Source: Phyllosticta citribraziliensis
Taxonomy: Eukaryota
Direction of reading: 5' to 3'
Assembly (NCBI RefSeq): GCF_038025025.1
Contig: NW_027117342.1
Location: 1,302,001 to 1,366,000 of the forward strand
Length of the DNA stretch: 64,000 nucleotides
A model generated the notes under the pieces. The model was not told the DNA's origin. It worked only from the letters and a program-made list of their open reading frames with translations, and ran no database searches. This document shows, piece after piece, positions 34,098 through 48,604 of this stretch (its first letter is position 1; the number at the start of each line of letters is the position of its first letter). Made by a program: the position numbers and the translations under genes.

Positions 34098-35336
34098 AAG
34101 CATTGCTTTACACCTTTCTCTTCACTTCCGACTCGAGGAACTTGAACAGCTAGCTAACATGCCCAAGTTTTGCAGATTTTCATCGTGCCACCAACACCCT
34201 GCCCTAGACGCCGACAAGCCCCACGCAACACAAGCATCAAACACCTTCCACGACCCAGATGTTCCGCCTGTCCTTTTCTTCTTGCTCCGCCTTCACCGAC
34301 CCTTCTGCCGAGAACAACGTACCCGTGGGCGAGCGCTCTCGCGTCCATGAACTAGCAGTGCCAGCCCCCCACACCCAGGCCCAGCAACATTCATCACTCA
34401 CCATTCAAGACTGCTGCTCAGTCCCCAGAACTATCGCCGACCATGCTCGTGGCCCCTTGTCTAGTTCGGATCTTCGGCTTGCCCAAATCACAATGTTCGG
34501 GAGGCAAGGCTATATACCATGGTCTCGGCCGTCGCTCACATCGTCAGCTATTCTTCACATCTTGCTTGCACGCAGGCCTTGCTTTTGGTCTTGCTCGCAA
34601 CGCTCTTTTGCTCACCCAAAATGACTTCCTCAGGCTGAGATTCAGCATTGACGTCGAGAAAAGAAAAGTAGGTTTGACGGACACATCAATCCCCGGCTCA
34701 GTTTGTCTGCCCACGACCGTCAACGATGCCCCTTGACGTTCGGGTTACGCACGACGTCTTCCCGCATGAAGCGAGACGCGTGGAGAAAAGGGTCTCATCG
34801 GCGATGCGGAGGCGACAACGGCATGCATGAGGGGTGGCATTGATGGGATCCACTTTTCTGGAGCTGGGGGTTGCATGGCGCTAACCAGAACGCGAACGTA
34901 CCTAGGACGACCGACGAGACGTCACGCCACGACATCAGAGGTCGACTCTCGTATTCTGACGCTGTCCCGCCGTTACTTGAATCGTCAGGGCAGCGCTACC
35001 TTCGGAAAGACAACGGATCACGGCAAACAAGGTTGGTTGTGTCTGCTGGTCCAGCAAGGAGACCAGAGACGAGGAATGTTTCCATTTGTACTTGCTTCAA
35101 GTAAAAGAGCGTACTTGGTTTAGAAAACGAGGTAAGTGTGTCAAAAGCAACTCATACACGACTCATCAAGAAAGTGGAAAGGCTGGAGCTAGCAAGCAAA
35201 CAGCTAAGCATGCTAGCCAGACTGCATCGTCAGCTAGCGGACGTTGCATAGGGTGTCCAACCGCACACGCAGCCGACTATTCCGAGCGACTAGCAGTCGG
35301 TTTGTACGGAGGCCGCCGGGAAGGAGATGAAGTTGT

Positions 35337-36078
35337 CTAGGCAGCCCCTTCTTCCTTGGCCTTCTTTTTGGCCTTCTTGGATGTTGGTGCCGGTGCGCCC
35401 TCCTTCTTCTGGTGCACGATGAATCGTGTGTAGCACTCCTCAGGGTCCCACTCGAAGCCAGCGAGGTACGGTGCCTCGAGCTCGTCGTCGGCCTGGTGCA
35501 AGACATGTCAGCTTGAACCCTTGGATGATACAAGAAAGAGCAGGGAAATCTAGAGATGATGACGCACCTTCTTCTTGAACTGCTTGTGGATTGCGTCCAG
35601 CGCATCCTTGATTGTCACGCCCTTCAGGTTCCGTGCAACGACGTTGAGTCCAAGCGGGAAGTGCAGGTCAATCTTCTTGACCATTGGTGTCACAAGGGGC
35701 TTCTTCAGTGCGTCCTTCCATTCGTCTAATGTGCCAGGCGAGGTGTTGAGCTTCCTGGCGTGACGTCAGTTGGGCTTGGCCTTGCGGAAGCACAAGAGGG
35801 AGAGCGGGGGTGACGAGGATTGACATGGATGGAGCTTACCAGTTCAGCTTCTGCGTCTCTGGTGCTATTTGCAGTTCGACTCCCTCCTTCTCTGGTCATG
35901 GTCAGTCGTGTCGAGACTTGACAGCAACTGCAGAGGGCTCACCGAGATCTTGAATGTTGTGGACGTCAGGCGAGGTGCTACTCTTTCTCCGGTGTACGGG
36001 GCTCTTGTGGTGGTCGGGGGGCGAGCCGCTCTCGACAGCGGAGTCGATCTTAGTCAAAGGTGATGTATCGGCTGACAT
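35337..36078 (-). CDS. Conserved fungal hypothetical protein, 4 exons
   Basis: MSADTSPLTKIDSAVE..L|EKEGVELQIAPETQKLNW|KLNTSP..KIDLHFPLGLNVVARNLKGVTIKDALDAIHKQFKKK|ADDELEAPYLAGFEWD; canonical introns. Confidence 0.85.
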
Positions 36079-39000
36079 TGTGGATGCAGGAGCTGGCGGT
36101 GGATGTCTTGAGACAAGCAGAGCAAAATGGTTGGTTTGGTTAACTGAATACCTGGACGGAGGGTGGACAGGTAAAGAGGGGGAGGAAGGGTCGGGAGGTT
36201 GCGAACAAGGTGCAATATAGGGCCGGGGCGGGGCGGCTCCGGATTCGCTGGGTACGGCAACCTAAGCTGTACTGGTGGTGCAACAACCTAAGCTTGGGAT
36301 GGGATGAGGAGACGAGCAGGTGACCTTGTCCTCTTGGTCTCCCGTTCGTTGTCCGTGATGGTCACGCCAAAAGGGCAACTGGGGAAGCTACAAAGGGCCC
36401 CGGATCACACCACCCGCCAATCATGGCCCTAGCTCCTGCCTGTCCGCCTCTGCTATTGGCTGCAGCCCTGGCCTGTCGGAATGCGGGGAAGCTCAGTCTC
36501 TCACACCTCACGACAAGACGACTGGACCTTCGACCACTGCACTTTCAATGCAAAAGCTGTTTCCAACCCACATCCTCAGTCGTCAGTCGTCAGACCGCTG
36601 CTTCTGCTCCCGATTCCACTCCCCCTTGTCCTCCTCTGGATCCACCGACCCCACAACCACGACCACGACCCTCCGCTGCCACCGTCCCGTGCCGTACCTT
36701 GCGCAATCGGCGCCCTGAAATGCAAGGAGCCGCTGGCCGAGAGCAAGCAATTCATCGACCACGCTAACCCCGCACTCCCGCTGCCCTGCCCTGTCATGAC
36801 CTACCTATCCTGCCCTGCTTTGCTGCCTCAGCCCGTGCCAATGAAACCTGAACGTCACGCGACATGCCACACCCCTTGGAGAACCATGCGCCTGGAACAA
36901 AGACGATTCGATTAAACCACGCAAAAACTGGAGACCAAGTTTCGTCTCGCGCTCACGACTCATTGCTTCTCTTCCCACATCCTCCACCTGTCTGCCACGG
37001 ACCGACTGTCCATTTGCTGCTGAGAGGCTTTCCGTCCGTTACGTGGTTTGCCCTTCTACGGCCTATCTGCGGGGTCTTCCTTCGACCATTGGAGTACCAA
37101 GGACCATCTACCGTGCTAGGAAGCAAGCCTCTGACGAAGCAAGCCCGCCAGCTTCTCGCACTCTCATTGCTCGCCTCGTTGCCAATCGCCGGTACCAAGC
37201 TGCATCAAGGCGACTAGTGACGGCCCTGAACGACTGCGACGTACATGTGTTGACGACAATCGGAGCGAGGGAGCACATGTGGCGTCAGGGATGGGCACTG
37301 TGTTTTCCCACACAACGAATGCGTGCATATGGACTGCGTGATACGCGCAGAGTGCCCGCGTTTTTGCACGCTCCAGAAGGCACGGATCTCGCGGAACCTA
37401 ATTCTTTTGTCCGCGTCTTGCTTGCTTGCCTGTCTTGCTGAGGCTCATCTCGATCCCGGCAGCGCGGCTGCGCACTTGGCGCCGACATCGCTACCTCTGT
37501 CTGCGGCTGAAGTGACTGACTGACTGACTGGCGGGCTTCGATCAATTCTTGGGCCTTGGAATATTCCCTGTTCTCTGGCTCGTCTCTGACTTGGCTTTGG
37601 GTCGACTATTGGCCCTGTACTGACCGGAGAATAGACTTGTCAATAAACTGTGACCTGGGTTCAACAAGGTGCCGTATCTTCGATCTGGGTATTGATCAAG
37701 CTTCGCGCAGTGCATACCCGCCGATCCAGCATTTCCAATGTCAACGCATGCTCTCATGGTGCAATGTCGAGCAATCAAATCCATTTCTAAAGCCAAGCGT
37801 TGGTACCTTTCTGCAAAGTCCTTCCAAGCATCCTTCTTGCCCTACACTTTTCAGCTTTTCTTTCAGCTCTGCATCCTTCTCCTCTTGACCCCTCAACCAA
37901 CGCTCCATCGGTGCTCTTCCGTAGCCAACTCGAAACTACTTGACCTTCGTTTTCACTTGATGGCACTTCCGTTGCTTTACCCGACGTTGGTTTGATGTCA
38001 AGTCTTTCCTTCAATCACTGTCCGGGAGCTGGCTGACCGACCACCTGATTGACTGACTACGTGACGAATCATTCGCTACTGGTCGTTCGCTGTTGGCAAA
38101 AGCCCCAATATTGGATCTCGCTGGCAACTCTACTTGTCTCCAAACCGAACAATGGTGGCGCTGTGTATGCCGACGGAATGACGCGGAGGAAAGAATGGCG
38201 AGCGAAGAGAAGACGAAGGGAGAAAGATGAAAGGGGGGGAGAGGAACAGAGGGAGGTGCATTCTTGGATAGCATCGATGAAGACAAGCTGGCAGCATTGT
38301 ATTCCTTGTTCTCTCAAAGCATCTCTCTCCCTAGTGTCGGTGTGTCTTGCTTCCTTCGACTCGTCCTCCAGCAATCTATATTTTCGGAGCAGACCAGAAG
38401 AGTTATTCAGAGGCCTTTCGAGTGCATCCCGTCCACACGCGCCGAGTGTTGTAACAGCACACGTCTACGCCTGTATCTGCAACTCATGACTTGCTCGGAT
38501 CCTCCTCATGCCTTGGTAGTGAAGAACAGCTGCCTTTCCACATTACTGTCAAAGTTCTTCACCGGCGCGCAGTCAACCCACAGTAACCCAGCCCGCACAT
38601 TCGAATTCGTCAAACTCTTCAAATGCGCGTCTACCTCATATGTGACTCCAACAAAACAGACATAAAAGGTAGCCCGCGCATGATCTCACGCCAATTTACT
38701 CTCTTTCTAGATGACTTCTCCATCTTTCCGCCTTTCTTCCTCCTGTCACGTCTTGCTTCAAGCAAAGCTGTCTTTTTCTCCCTCCCTCTCTTTCTCTCTC
38801 TGCGTCTTCTCCCCTTTCCCCGTTTTCTTTTCGCTACTCATCACGCCAGGTAGATAAGGAAACAAGAAGTGGCATTACGTCACGGCACGTCATGTCATCC
38901 GTTTCAGTCCTTCTCCCACTATGACTGGCAACATTGCTTCCTCTGTGCAATCGCGTCGCGCGCGGTGTTGGGAACATAGGAGTACGTCAATCTTGGGGTA

Positions 39001-39796
39001 GAGGGTCAAATGCTCAAATCAGGTCACGTTTGAGAGAGGCAAGAATTTCGGTTCGAGTTTCTCCAGTGTCCTTCAAGTCTGCGTGTTCTTACAATTCTCT
39101 ACAGTTGAGACAGCATAGCATCGTGTCGCGTCGACCCAGGGCATCGGACAAGCGCGACCGGCATGGATGGTGTGTAATGCGCCTCGACGTGAACAAACTC
39201 CTCCACTTGAGAGTTCTCATTTTTTGCCGCATCTTTTAGGGAATGCTCTCTGGATGACTCTGCTCGGGAAAAGGTGGCAGCGAGACTGAGCGACTGAGAT
39301 AAAAATGGGACGCGCGACGCGACGCGCGGTGCGGCACTGCTGTGCGCGAATTGACTGATGGATTCCCCCGAATGAGCCCCGAGTTAACAAGGTCCGGGGA
39401 ATGCGTTGCGCTGCTGCTGCGTCTGCTGCAGGCGATACTTTCAGTCTGACCACCTAGGGTAGAAGCGCTCGCGCTTTTTGGCGCTGCTTCACTGGACGGT
39501 TTTCCACCCACCCCTCCTCCTCTTCGTTCCTCGGCCGTGATTCCTGTTGTTTTCAATTGCCGAGGGTTCTCACATGGACAGTGCAATTCATGTCCAACTC
39601 CATTAAGTAATCCAATTGATCATGTTCCAATTCATTCATGACTCGAAAGAAACGGCGGAGAAGTATTTCGCCGTCCGTCAAGCTCCCCGATTAGTGCTGT
39701 GCGGTACCAAAGAGATATGCGCCAAACAGAGTGACAAGAAGAAACGACACACAGGACTAACCAAAACACGGCCATGCGTGGGTCTCCTAATGTGCT

Positions 39797-41141
39797 TTAC
39801 TCCACGATGAACGTCGCCTCGGTGAACAGTGTGCCCTCCTCCACCTTCTCCTCACCTCCAATCTTGATCTTGATTGGAAGCTTGGGCGTGTATTGGTAGA
39901 TGTAGGGCTTGGTACCGGCGGCGCTGGCGACAAGGGTCTTGATGAAGCCCGGAACTTCGGCCATGACGTCAACCCTGTCTGTCCGGGGGCCAAGCGAGCC
40001 GCTGAGTTCGGCGTGCAAGTCTTGCTGGCCGTCAACCGTCTTGCCGTTCCACGTAAAGGCCGCGGCAAAGGGTTCCGGCCAGTCGTTCTCCGAGTCCTGC
40101 CTCTTCTCTGTGTGCGCGGCGGTACCGTTAGGGTTAGCTACGATGAGCTTGCCATCGGTGGCGATTGCCGAAACGTTGACCGTCGTAGTGCCGTACGAGG
40201 GGGGCGTGGTGAATTCCATCATGACGGCCGAGTACGTGGGGGACTGGAAGTTGACAAAGTTCCAGCGCGCAGCTGTTGAAATTCCCCGTCAGTAGGTGCG
40301 TCCACGAGGCCAGTAGAGCCTAGCGTGGGGAGATTGGAGGTCAGGCGTACCTGCGTGGTGCGGCTTCATGCCCTGCAAAGCGTGCACAAACATGCCGCGG
40401 CCGGTGAAGTCAATCTCGCCGGTCTTGGTCAGAACGCTGCCCTCGACCTTGCAGCGGGGCCAAAAGGCGTGGCGCATGGAGCCCCACGGATTCGCGAGGT
40501 CGGTACCAAAGTAGCTGGTGCCATCCTTGCCCATGACGAAGCCCGGGGCTGTCTTTGTGAACTTGAGGTCCACGACGCTCTGCTTGTTGGTCGAGGACTT
40601 GATTGTGTACGTGTTGCCGTCTTCGGATAGCTCGAGGGAGCAGTTGTCGGCGTAAAAGTTGTAGTTGCCCTCGCCGAAGTGCACGTTGTTGAGGGGGTCG
40701 GTTGACCACAAGTGCGGCGTCTTGCCGCCGTCTTGGTAGAAGATCTTGGAGCTAAACTGGCAGGTGGTGCGCAGGCCTCTGTGACAGAGAGCAGTCAGCC
40801 AGTTTATTTTTGACTTGGGCCAGACCCGACCAAGCGTATGTGCTCACGCTACATTGCTGTAGATGACTTGGGCCATGCCGATGATGCCGTTGTCAGCCGT
40901 CATGTAGAAGGTTTGGGTTTCGACGTTGGTGAAGTCGAGAGCGCGCCATTTCATGTCGGCGCGGGTGAGCTCGGTAAAGGGAGTTTCTTGGGCTTGCTTG
41001 GTGACGGGCTGGATGGCATCGGGGCCGTAGATGGGCTCCTGGGTGCCGGCGACGTTGGCCAGCCTGGGTCGAGTGAGCAAAAAAACAGCAGCGCGGTTGG
41101 CGGGGGGACTAGACGGACTGCTGCTTGGCCCAGTTGAACAT
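39797..41141 (-). CDS. SVF1: Survival factor 1 (oxidative stress / lipid-binding Svf1 family), 4 exons
   Basis: [62 protein letters not shown]. Confidence 0.95.
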
Positions 41142-41418
41142 GGCGGCGGAGAGGGAGATGGATCAGAGATCAGATGATGGGCGCGTGGGCGAGTGGGCGG
41201 GAGCTGTTTGGCGGTGGTGGAGTGAGGTGAGGATGTTTGGAGAGGCAGAGAGAGTAGCGTGGGCGGTAGCGGTAGCGGGTTTGAGGTGTGGTGTGGTGAG
41301 GTGTGGATGATGCGGTAGGTGAAGCTAAGGGAACAAGGACCAGGTGCGTGGGTTCGGTTCGGCTGTCATTTGGGCTGTCAGTCGTGCAGTTTCTGACTCT
41401 TGCCTGCCTGTTTCCTGC

Positions 41419-41712
41419 GCCCCCCCCCCCCCCCCCCCACCTCGCCCTCCACCCACATCAACTCAACTCTGCTGTGACCTCAGCGGAACCCACAACCCAC
41501 AACACATCACTCCGCCCGATCGCCGCTGGACATCAGGCACGCTGGCTCCGACGCTCTCGACTGGACTCGTCCTCGTCACCGGCTGGCCTCGGCCGTTCCG
41601 CTCTGCTCGCTCTGCTCTGCTCTGCTCTGCATCTTGACGGCATCTTCTTCCGCCTCCCGGCATAGGTCCGCCCTACCGCACCGCACCGCACCGCACCGCA
41701 CCGCACCGCACC
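41419..41712. repeat. Simple-repeat cluster (C-run, (CTCTG)n, (CCGCA)n) in the SVF1/kinase divergent promoter
   Basis: ~19-nt C run near 41420, CTCTG units ~41601-41630, CCGCA x7 ~41676-41710. Confidence 0.9.
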
Positions 41713-42093
41713 TAACCTATGACGCGCCCGACCGCTTACCCGTTGCTCTGACTGGACCAGACCTCTAGTCGTCGTCTCTCTCTCATTCCTTCTGCCTCTT
41801 TTCCATCCGACCTGACCATCTGCGCTCTCGTGTCTTTGATCCCGGCATCCCAGGAACCTGCCTCGCTCCGACCCTCGGCACTGCTCAGGTCCCGCGCTTG
41901 TGCCTCCATCTCGACTCCATCCCCACGATTCATCAACTCGTCCCACGCTGTCCCACGCCCATTGTCCCTGGCGTGCCTCCGACCCCCCTCCCCAAAGCTT
42001 TCTTTTCCCTGGAATCCTTCGCTTAACCTGCCGTTCCCTGTGACCGTGCGGCATTGTCTTTAATTGAATTTGGCGCTTGGGCTTCCGCTCAAC

Positions 42094-44606
42094 ATGTCCA
42101 AATTAGAAAAGGGCGACGATGCTGTCCACCAGGGCGTGCGCTTTGCCTCGCACAATGAGGAAATCGAGCCAGAGGACGCCTTGCGCCAGGTGGAGACGCT
42201 GACGAGCGAACAAGGAAAGCCGAGTCAACATCTTGGCTCCCACTCACAACAAGACCTATCCTCTCTCTCGCGCTCGCTGCAAAACACCAACCTGCAGCCA
42301 AAGACCCTGGAGCACTTTTCCTATGAGCCTGTCTCGCTTCCAGCCTCACGAGTACGCTTCCCAACTCCGGTATCGAATCACATGCTGACCCATACTTGCA
42401 GGCGCCCTCGCCCTCGTCAGGGTCGAGAACTCCCATGACATACTCGGCCGTGGCATCCCCCAGACCCTCTCCGCCAGCCTCTGCCATGCACTCGCCTCCC
42501 TTGACCCCTGCGGCCACGCAGTCGCGAGACAAGTCGTCTGCTTCCAACCGTCATTCTCAAGACTCGTCCGTCGTGACCCCGGAGTTGTCCCCGCCCCATG
42601 ACACGCCGCCCACCTCTTTATCCACCACCGAGGAGGACAAAAGGAAACCCCTACAAATAGCCGTCCCTGCCACGGAACACAAAAAGGCAAAATCGACGTC
42701 AGATACCACAGGGATCACCAGCCAGCCCCGAGAGCCGCCCAGATTTACTCTCGGTCCGACAGGCGACTCGTTGCCCAGCTCAAAGGATGTAAGCCCCTCG
42801 GCCTCTGGAACCAGCACTCCGGGCGAACCTGCCGCTCCCGCCTCGCCCCAACCCTTCATCAAGCAGATGCACTCGCCTCGCGGAGAAATCGACGACCCAT
42901 ACGCCCGCAGCAAGCGCCCTCCCCAAAAGGCCGACAGGCTCTCGCTCGACCCTCGCTTCATCTTTAGTTCAAGAGATCCACGCAACCGGTCCACCACCTC
43001 TCCACTGCCCCGATCTCGCGGTAACGGCGCAGAACCAAAGCCCTCGGATGAAAAGCGGCATACCTTTTTCGGAGCCCACCATCACCACCACGGCAAGAAG
43101 AGCGACCATGGAGACGGCCGCAAAGAGGCGGCGGACGAGCTGGAACGGAAACATGGCTCCATGTCCGAGTTGAAGCGCTTCTTCAAGATTGGACATAAAC
43201 ACAAGGACAAAAGCAGACCTTCTTCGCCGGCTGGCGACAAGAAGAGGTCCGGCATGCGAACGCCCCCTTCGAGACCTGGCTCAGTCGCCATACCTTTTGC
43301 CGATGATCACGGCCTGGAAGCCAAATATGGAAAATTCGGCAAGGTGCTAGGCTCCGGTGCTGGTGGATCAGTTCGAATCATCAAGAGAAGCACCGACGGC
43401 GTCGTGTTTGCGGTGAAGCAATTCCGGGCGCGCCACTCGTACGAGACCGAAAAAGAGTATACAAAGAAGCTTACGGGAGAATTCTGCATCGGCTCAACGC
43501 TGCATCACGGGAACATCATCGAGACCATGGACCTGGTGCGCGAAAAGGACGCCTGGTTTGTGGTCATGGAGTACGCGCCGTACGATCTCTTTGCCATTGT
43601 CATGACGGGCAAAATGAGCAGGGAAGAGGTGGCGTGCTGCACGCTGCAGATTCTCAATGGTGTTACATACTTGCACAGCATGGGATTGGCCCATCGAGAC
43701 CTCAAGCTGGATAATGTGGTTGTTAACGAGCATGGGATCATGAAGATTATCGACTTTGGCAGTGCCGCAGTTTTCCGGTATCCCTTTGAAAACGACATTG
43801 TCCTAGCAAGTGGTAAGTGAACTTGGCTTCTGGTTTGCGTCGGTTGATTAACAAAGGCTCGTGCAGGCATTGTCGGCTCGGATCCCTATCTCGCTCCAGA
43901 GGTGTACGACTTGCAAAAGTACGATCCGCAACCTACTGACATTTGGTCGATTGCCATCATCTTTTGCTGCATGACACTCCGACGGTTCCCCTGGAAGGCA
44001 CCACGAACGTCGGACAACTCGTTCAAGCTCTTTGCATCTCCGCCGAACACCAACGATTGGCCGCAGCACACATCGCGAAAGTCCGACGTCCAAAGCAGTT
44101 CCAAGAGCGTTGTTGACCTCAAGGAGCACGGCAACGGACACGCAAACAAGAGGGGAATCGAGAGCGAGCCTGTGAGCCGGCACACGAGCCATGTCGACGC
44201 CAAGGACGGCAGCCAACCTCAGGAGCAAGGCAAGGACGGAGATGCAAGTCACGCAAATGGGCGCGACCGTCCGGCTACGTCGGGTCATGCCTTGGCATCT
44301 GCCAAGGCTTCAGGAGCAGCAGACACGACAACAGCCCCGCAGGTGCAGCAGACGATTAAAGGTCCGTGGCGACTCCTGCGACTGCTTCCTAGGGAGAGCA
44401 GGCACATTATTGGAAGGATGCTGGAAATTGATCCCAAGAGACGTGCAACGCTGGAAGAGATTCTCGAGGACAAGTGGGTCAAGAACACGCCCGTGTGCCA
44501 GCAGCTCGAAGGTGGGCGGGTGGTCAGCGCCGACAACCACTCGCACACGCTGGAGCCAGGAAACGCGCAGACGGCGGCGGCGGCGGCGCCGCCGAGTAAG
44601 AAGTAG
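42094..44606 (+). CDS. SAT4: HAL-family Ser/Thr kinase (Hal4/Sat4, HalA-like), 3 exons
   Basis: [69 protein letters not shown]; introns ~42352-42401 and 43813-43866. Confidence 0.92.
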
Positions 44607-45229
44607 GAGTGGAGTGGGTGGTGTATAGCTGTACATAGATGCTTTGGCGGGCGTTTTCGCTTCGTTTCGTTTCGTTTCGTTTCATGGAGGGCGGCGCTGG
44701 GACACGTCAAGGGATTCCATGGTCGTATCGTATTGCATTGGCTGGCACCGTAGCGCAGCGGTTGGGATAGAGCTTTTGCAGCGCGCACGCGTTTAGTTAG
44801 AAATGTAGAAGTTTATAATGGAGAGATGTAGTGCATGTCGTGTCTGACGGACGGGAGCCAAAGGGAGGCGGAAATTACACTGCACCCGACATGTACTTCA
44901 GCCGCGTACGAGACACGACGTCACGGGTTGGTCGTCGATGGATTCTCATCAGTTCCATTCGACCTCGCAACATCCCGCGTCGCTCGTCGTTGGCCTCAGC
45001 CCAAGCGCGCGCGCCGCAGAGGCAATCGAGTCGCTGCCGGCCATGGCCTCGGTCACGCGATCCATGGCTGCCAAAACGCTTTATCGGCGGCCAATTATCG
45101 CGGCACGTTTTGCGGCCTCAAAACGCCAGCCCTTCCCACGTCTGGTCCTGACTGCTGCGACCTGCGAAGCTCCCGCCCCCAGCTCCTCAACCGACGCAAT
45201 TTCCTCCCTGCCTTCAAATAGCCGCCATC

Positions 45230-46542
45230 ATGGTCGCTCGCCATGTGGTGCCCATCAACACGCTGAAAAATTCCATCCACGCCCTCAACCACCCCGACCA
45301 CTCCCAGGCGCCCCACCCGGCCTCGCAACCGCTGTCCTTTGGCGAGCACAGGAGGATTTCCTCCATTCCGGGCTCCAAGACCGCTGCCGGTGAGTAGTGG
45401 AGCAATTGAAAACTCTGACCTCTTGGCTATCCTAAGAAGACGCCGTGCTGATGCGCCGCCGCAGCATTTCTCACTTCTCTCTCTGCCAACTTGACTCTGC
45501 CCGACTCCGAGTCGCCTTTTCCTTCGCCCATGTCGACTCCTTCGCCTCTCAGGGGAAGCAGTCACGATCTTCACGGCTCCCATCTTCTGCCGCCGTCGCC
45601 GCTGTCCTCCGCCGTCACAATGGCTCCAGACGACACCAACGAATCAGTCCCACCAGACTCGCTATCGCCCGCCCACGCGTCCAAACCAATTGCAGCACGA
45701 GCACAGCCTCCTTCACCGCCCAGGTCTTCAGCAGTAGCACGCCCGTCTACTGCCGCCCACGGGCCCGATGATCATCTGGCGGGCGTACCAGAGCTGGTGA
45801 CAGAAGCTGCAACGACAGAGGACGACAAGATCGCCGCCCTGAAGTTGATTGCGGACAGTGTAGCGCAGCAGCGGCAGGCGGCGTCATGGGCGCTAATGTC
45901 GCACCCAACAACACTGGCGGCCTACGTGGGCCTGATGGCTGTGGTGTCGCACTTTGTATGGCGGACCGCCGGAGACTGGCCGTACATGCTGACAACGGGA
46001 GCGGGCGCCACCATGGCGCTGCTCATTGCGGTGCGGCTTATCACTGGCCGTTACATTTCACTGGCGGAGCAGATCAACTGGAGCTTCTTGGACGACGCGG
46101 ATTCCATCCTTGTGACGAGGTTTGGCGAGCGCATTATCGGGGTGCTGGTGTTGGGTTGGGCGGGGCCGAATATGCAGGGCAATCGCGCGCAAAGGAGGCG
46201 TAAAGGCAAGGGCGTGGTAAAAGCTTGGACAGTGTTGCTCAAGTACAGAGGCAAAGGAGTAGGACTGGCTTTGCTCGAAGAGGCTGTACGAGAAACTGTG
46301 CGGAGGGGAGGAGAGAGCGTCGAGTTTGCGGAAGACCATGCGAGTACGTTGCCCCAAACTCGAAACTGAGGGGTTTTGCTAAATTGGTGTCTACAGATTC
46401 GCACCGCATTCTGCCCGCCTATTTCAACGGCAACTTTGAACGCGGCGAGAAGCGCGCGCACAAAGCCTTGCAGTCTGTTATTGAGACTTCAGGCGCCTTT
46501 GGTGGGCGCAGGAGAAAGAGCTCTCTCACGAAAACGCCTTGA
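45230..46542 (+). CDS. GNAT-like acetyltransferase with two predicted TM helices, 3 exons
   Basis: ALKLIADSVAQQRQ, two hydrophobic segments, acetyl-CoA motif VKAWTVLLKYRGKGVGLALLEEAV; exon 45230-45389 splices in frame (phase 1) to 45465. Confidence 0.82.
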
Positions 46543-48604
46543 ACGTCACTTTCGATCCATCGCATCATTCCAAACCTATGGCCTGTGGAATTGCGCCACG
46601 ACAAAGACGTACGGCGGCTTCCAGGCGAATAGAATCGCAAAAGACTGAGGCGGTGATGCTGGGACAAGCATCATATCGTGCGAATAGATTTCGGTCAATC
46701 TCGGTAGCTGCTCTATTCAACTGACCGACTATTGCTCCCTCATGAGGACCACTCAAGATGTGGCATATTGCACTACAAGCTTATCAATGGTCTTCTCCCA
46801 ATCGGAATGCCGACAAGCACGACGGCTTGGCTTATCGCACACCTGCTTGTGCCTATCTCTTCCGTTACTTCTCTCGTGTTCGCAAACTAAGCGGACACTT
46901 GATCTCGTCCAGCCTATTCTGTTCAACCGCAGCAACCGCACCACCAGACCTCACCACACACAGACATTCGGCCATTCCAGCCTAGAGCGGATCTAGAGCC
47001 TCCGCCCGCTCTCCGATAAGCAGCTCCGTGTCGCGGACAGAGTTGAGTCTATCTTCCCTCCCGTCCAATCACGCCCGATGCTACACCCGTAACCATCATG
47101 GTTCCCCGCCATTTCAATCGCAATCGAGCACGCCTCTATCGCAACAGCAATCGTCATCCCCGTACGTCCGCTTTCGAAGACGATATGCGTGGTCGATGCA
47201 CAGGCCAGACTGAGCTGGGCGCGAGGGCTTGCTTGGTAGGATGGCGGCGCATCTTGGCCATGCACGCGTGTCGATCTTTTGTTTGGGGAGTGAAGCTTCG
47301 CGGGCGGACAGCATGTTGATTGCGTGGTTGATGACTTGATTGATTGGCGGAGCGGGGTCGAGCGATTGGCGCGGAGGCGACGTGGGGAGGAAGTGCGCCG
47401 TGGCCAAGATGCTGCACAAGGCGCGGCGGGAACTGGCGGGGCCCCGTGAGAGCGGGCCGTGGTCGGCGTGGATGACGCGTTGTTGTCTGGGGTTTGGGGT
47501 TGAGTGGGGGTTGAAAAGCATGGCTTGGGATGGGCGAGATGAAAAGCGAGGTAAGTCGTTAAGCAGAAGACGTGGAGAGAGCACCCAGGCGTATCGACTT
47601 GATGGTTTTGGAGTCAGTCGTTCTGGCACGGTGTCACCGGACAGATCAGACGCAATGCGAGCGGACGGGAGGGTCAGAAACCTCTCAAACAGCATCTCCC
47701 TATCTCCCCTGACCTCAGACCTTCCCCTTATCTTCACCGTCCCCCTCTTTGCCCCCCTCCCATGCCCGTACTTTCTCCTCTCCCGTCTCCTCGCACATCC
47801 CCCCTGAACCCCAGCTGTCCTTCCCGATGATCGCCCTACCCTGCCCTACGACTCCCTGCACGCTCCCGTCCCGTTCGTCCCGTCCCGCCAAGGTGGGCAG
47901 CGTACGTGTACGCCCTGCGTTTCAGCACACTTGTGTTTCAGCTCTCGCTCAGCTCGCTTGTTCCCGCTGCTGAGACATCAGGGCTGTATCCTTTACATTC
48001 GTATATGATTGGATAAAGAGGCACACGAATGGGCATCATTCATGGTGTAACGGGTGAGTGAGAGACGAAGAAGATGGCAAGAGAGAGATGCATAGTCCGC
48101 AGAACATTCCGTTTTGCGCTATGCTCATCGCTGGTATTAGGTGTTTTCTTCGGGTTGGTTTCGAGAAAGAGCTGTGACCGTGCAGTGCAATCGTATCCCG
48201 TTGCCATTTCTATCGTTGTTTTGCTCAAACAACACAGACTTTCGATCTGCGCAGTCAATATTCTAGCCCTTTGACATTGGGCACAATGTTCACTTTTGCA
48301 AGATCTGCAAGAAGGCAGTCTTGCGCTCTACAATTCGACAGAGCCGAATGCATTCAAGGAGCAGCCTCGCGCCTTCTAGCATGTCGTTACTGCCACAGCA
48401 GGCTGGTAACTGACCTAGAGAACAAGCACCATGATGCACGATAGAACCGCAAACATAGGAAAGAGCAATGCCGGCTCTTGCACCAGTCACTGCTACGGCC
48501 TTCTGGTCCTGGCTGCTCTCCCCGACTTGACATAGGTCTCAAACACAGTCTTGACGCTTAAGCACACTCCATTAGGTCGAGTCTCTGACTATCATTTATT
48601 CATT

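Noticed and set aside
36100..39780. Hidden gene or tRNA in the 3.7 kb intergenic gap (e.g. GGTTCGAGT near 39050)
   Set aside because: No cloverleaf or A-box, and the ORFs are short and not protein-like.
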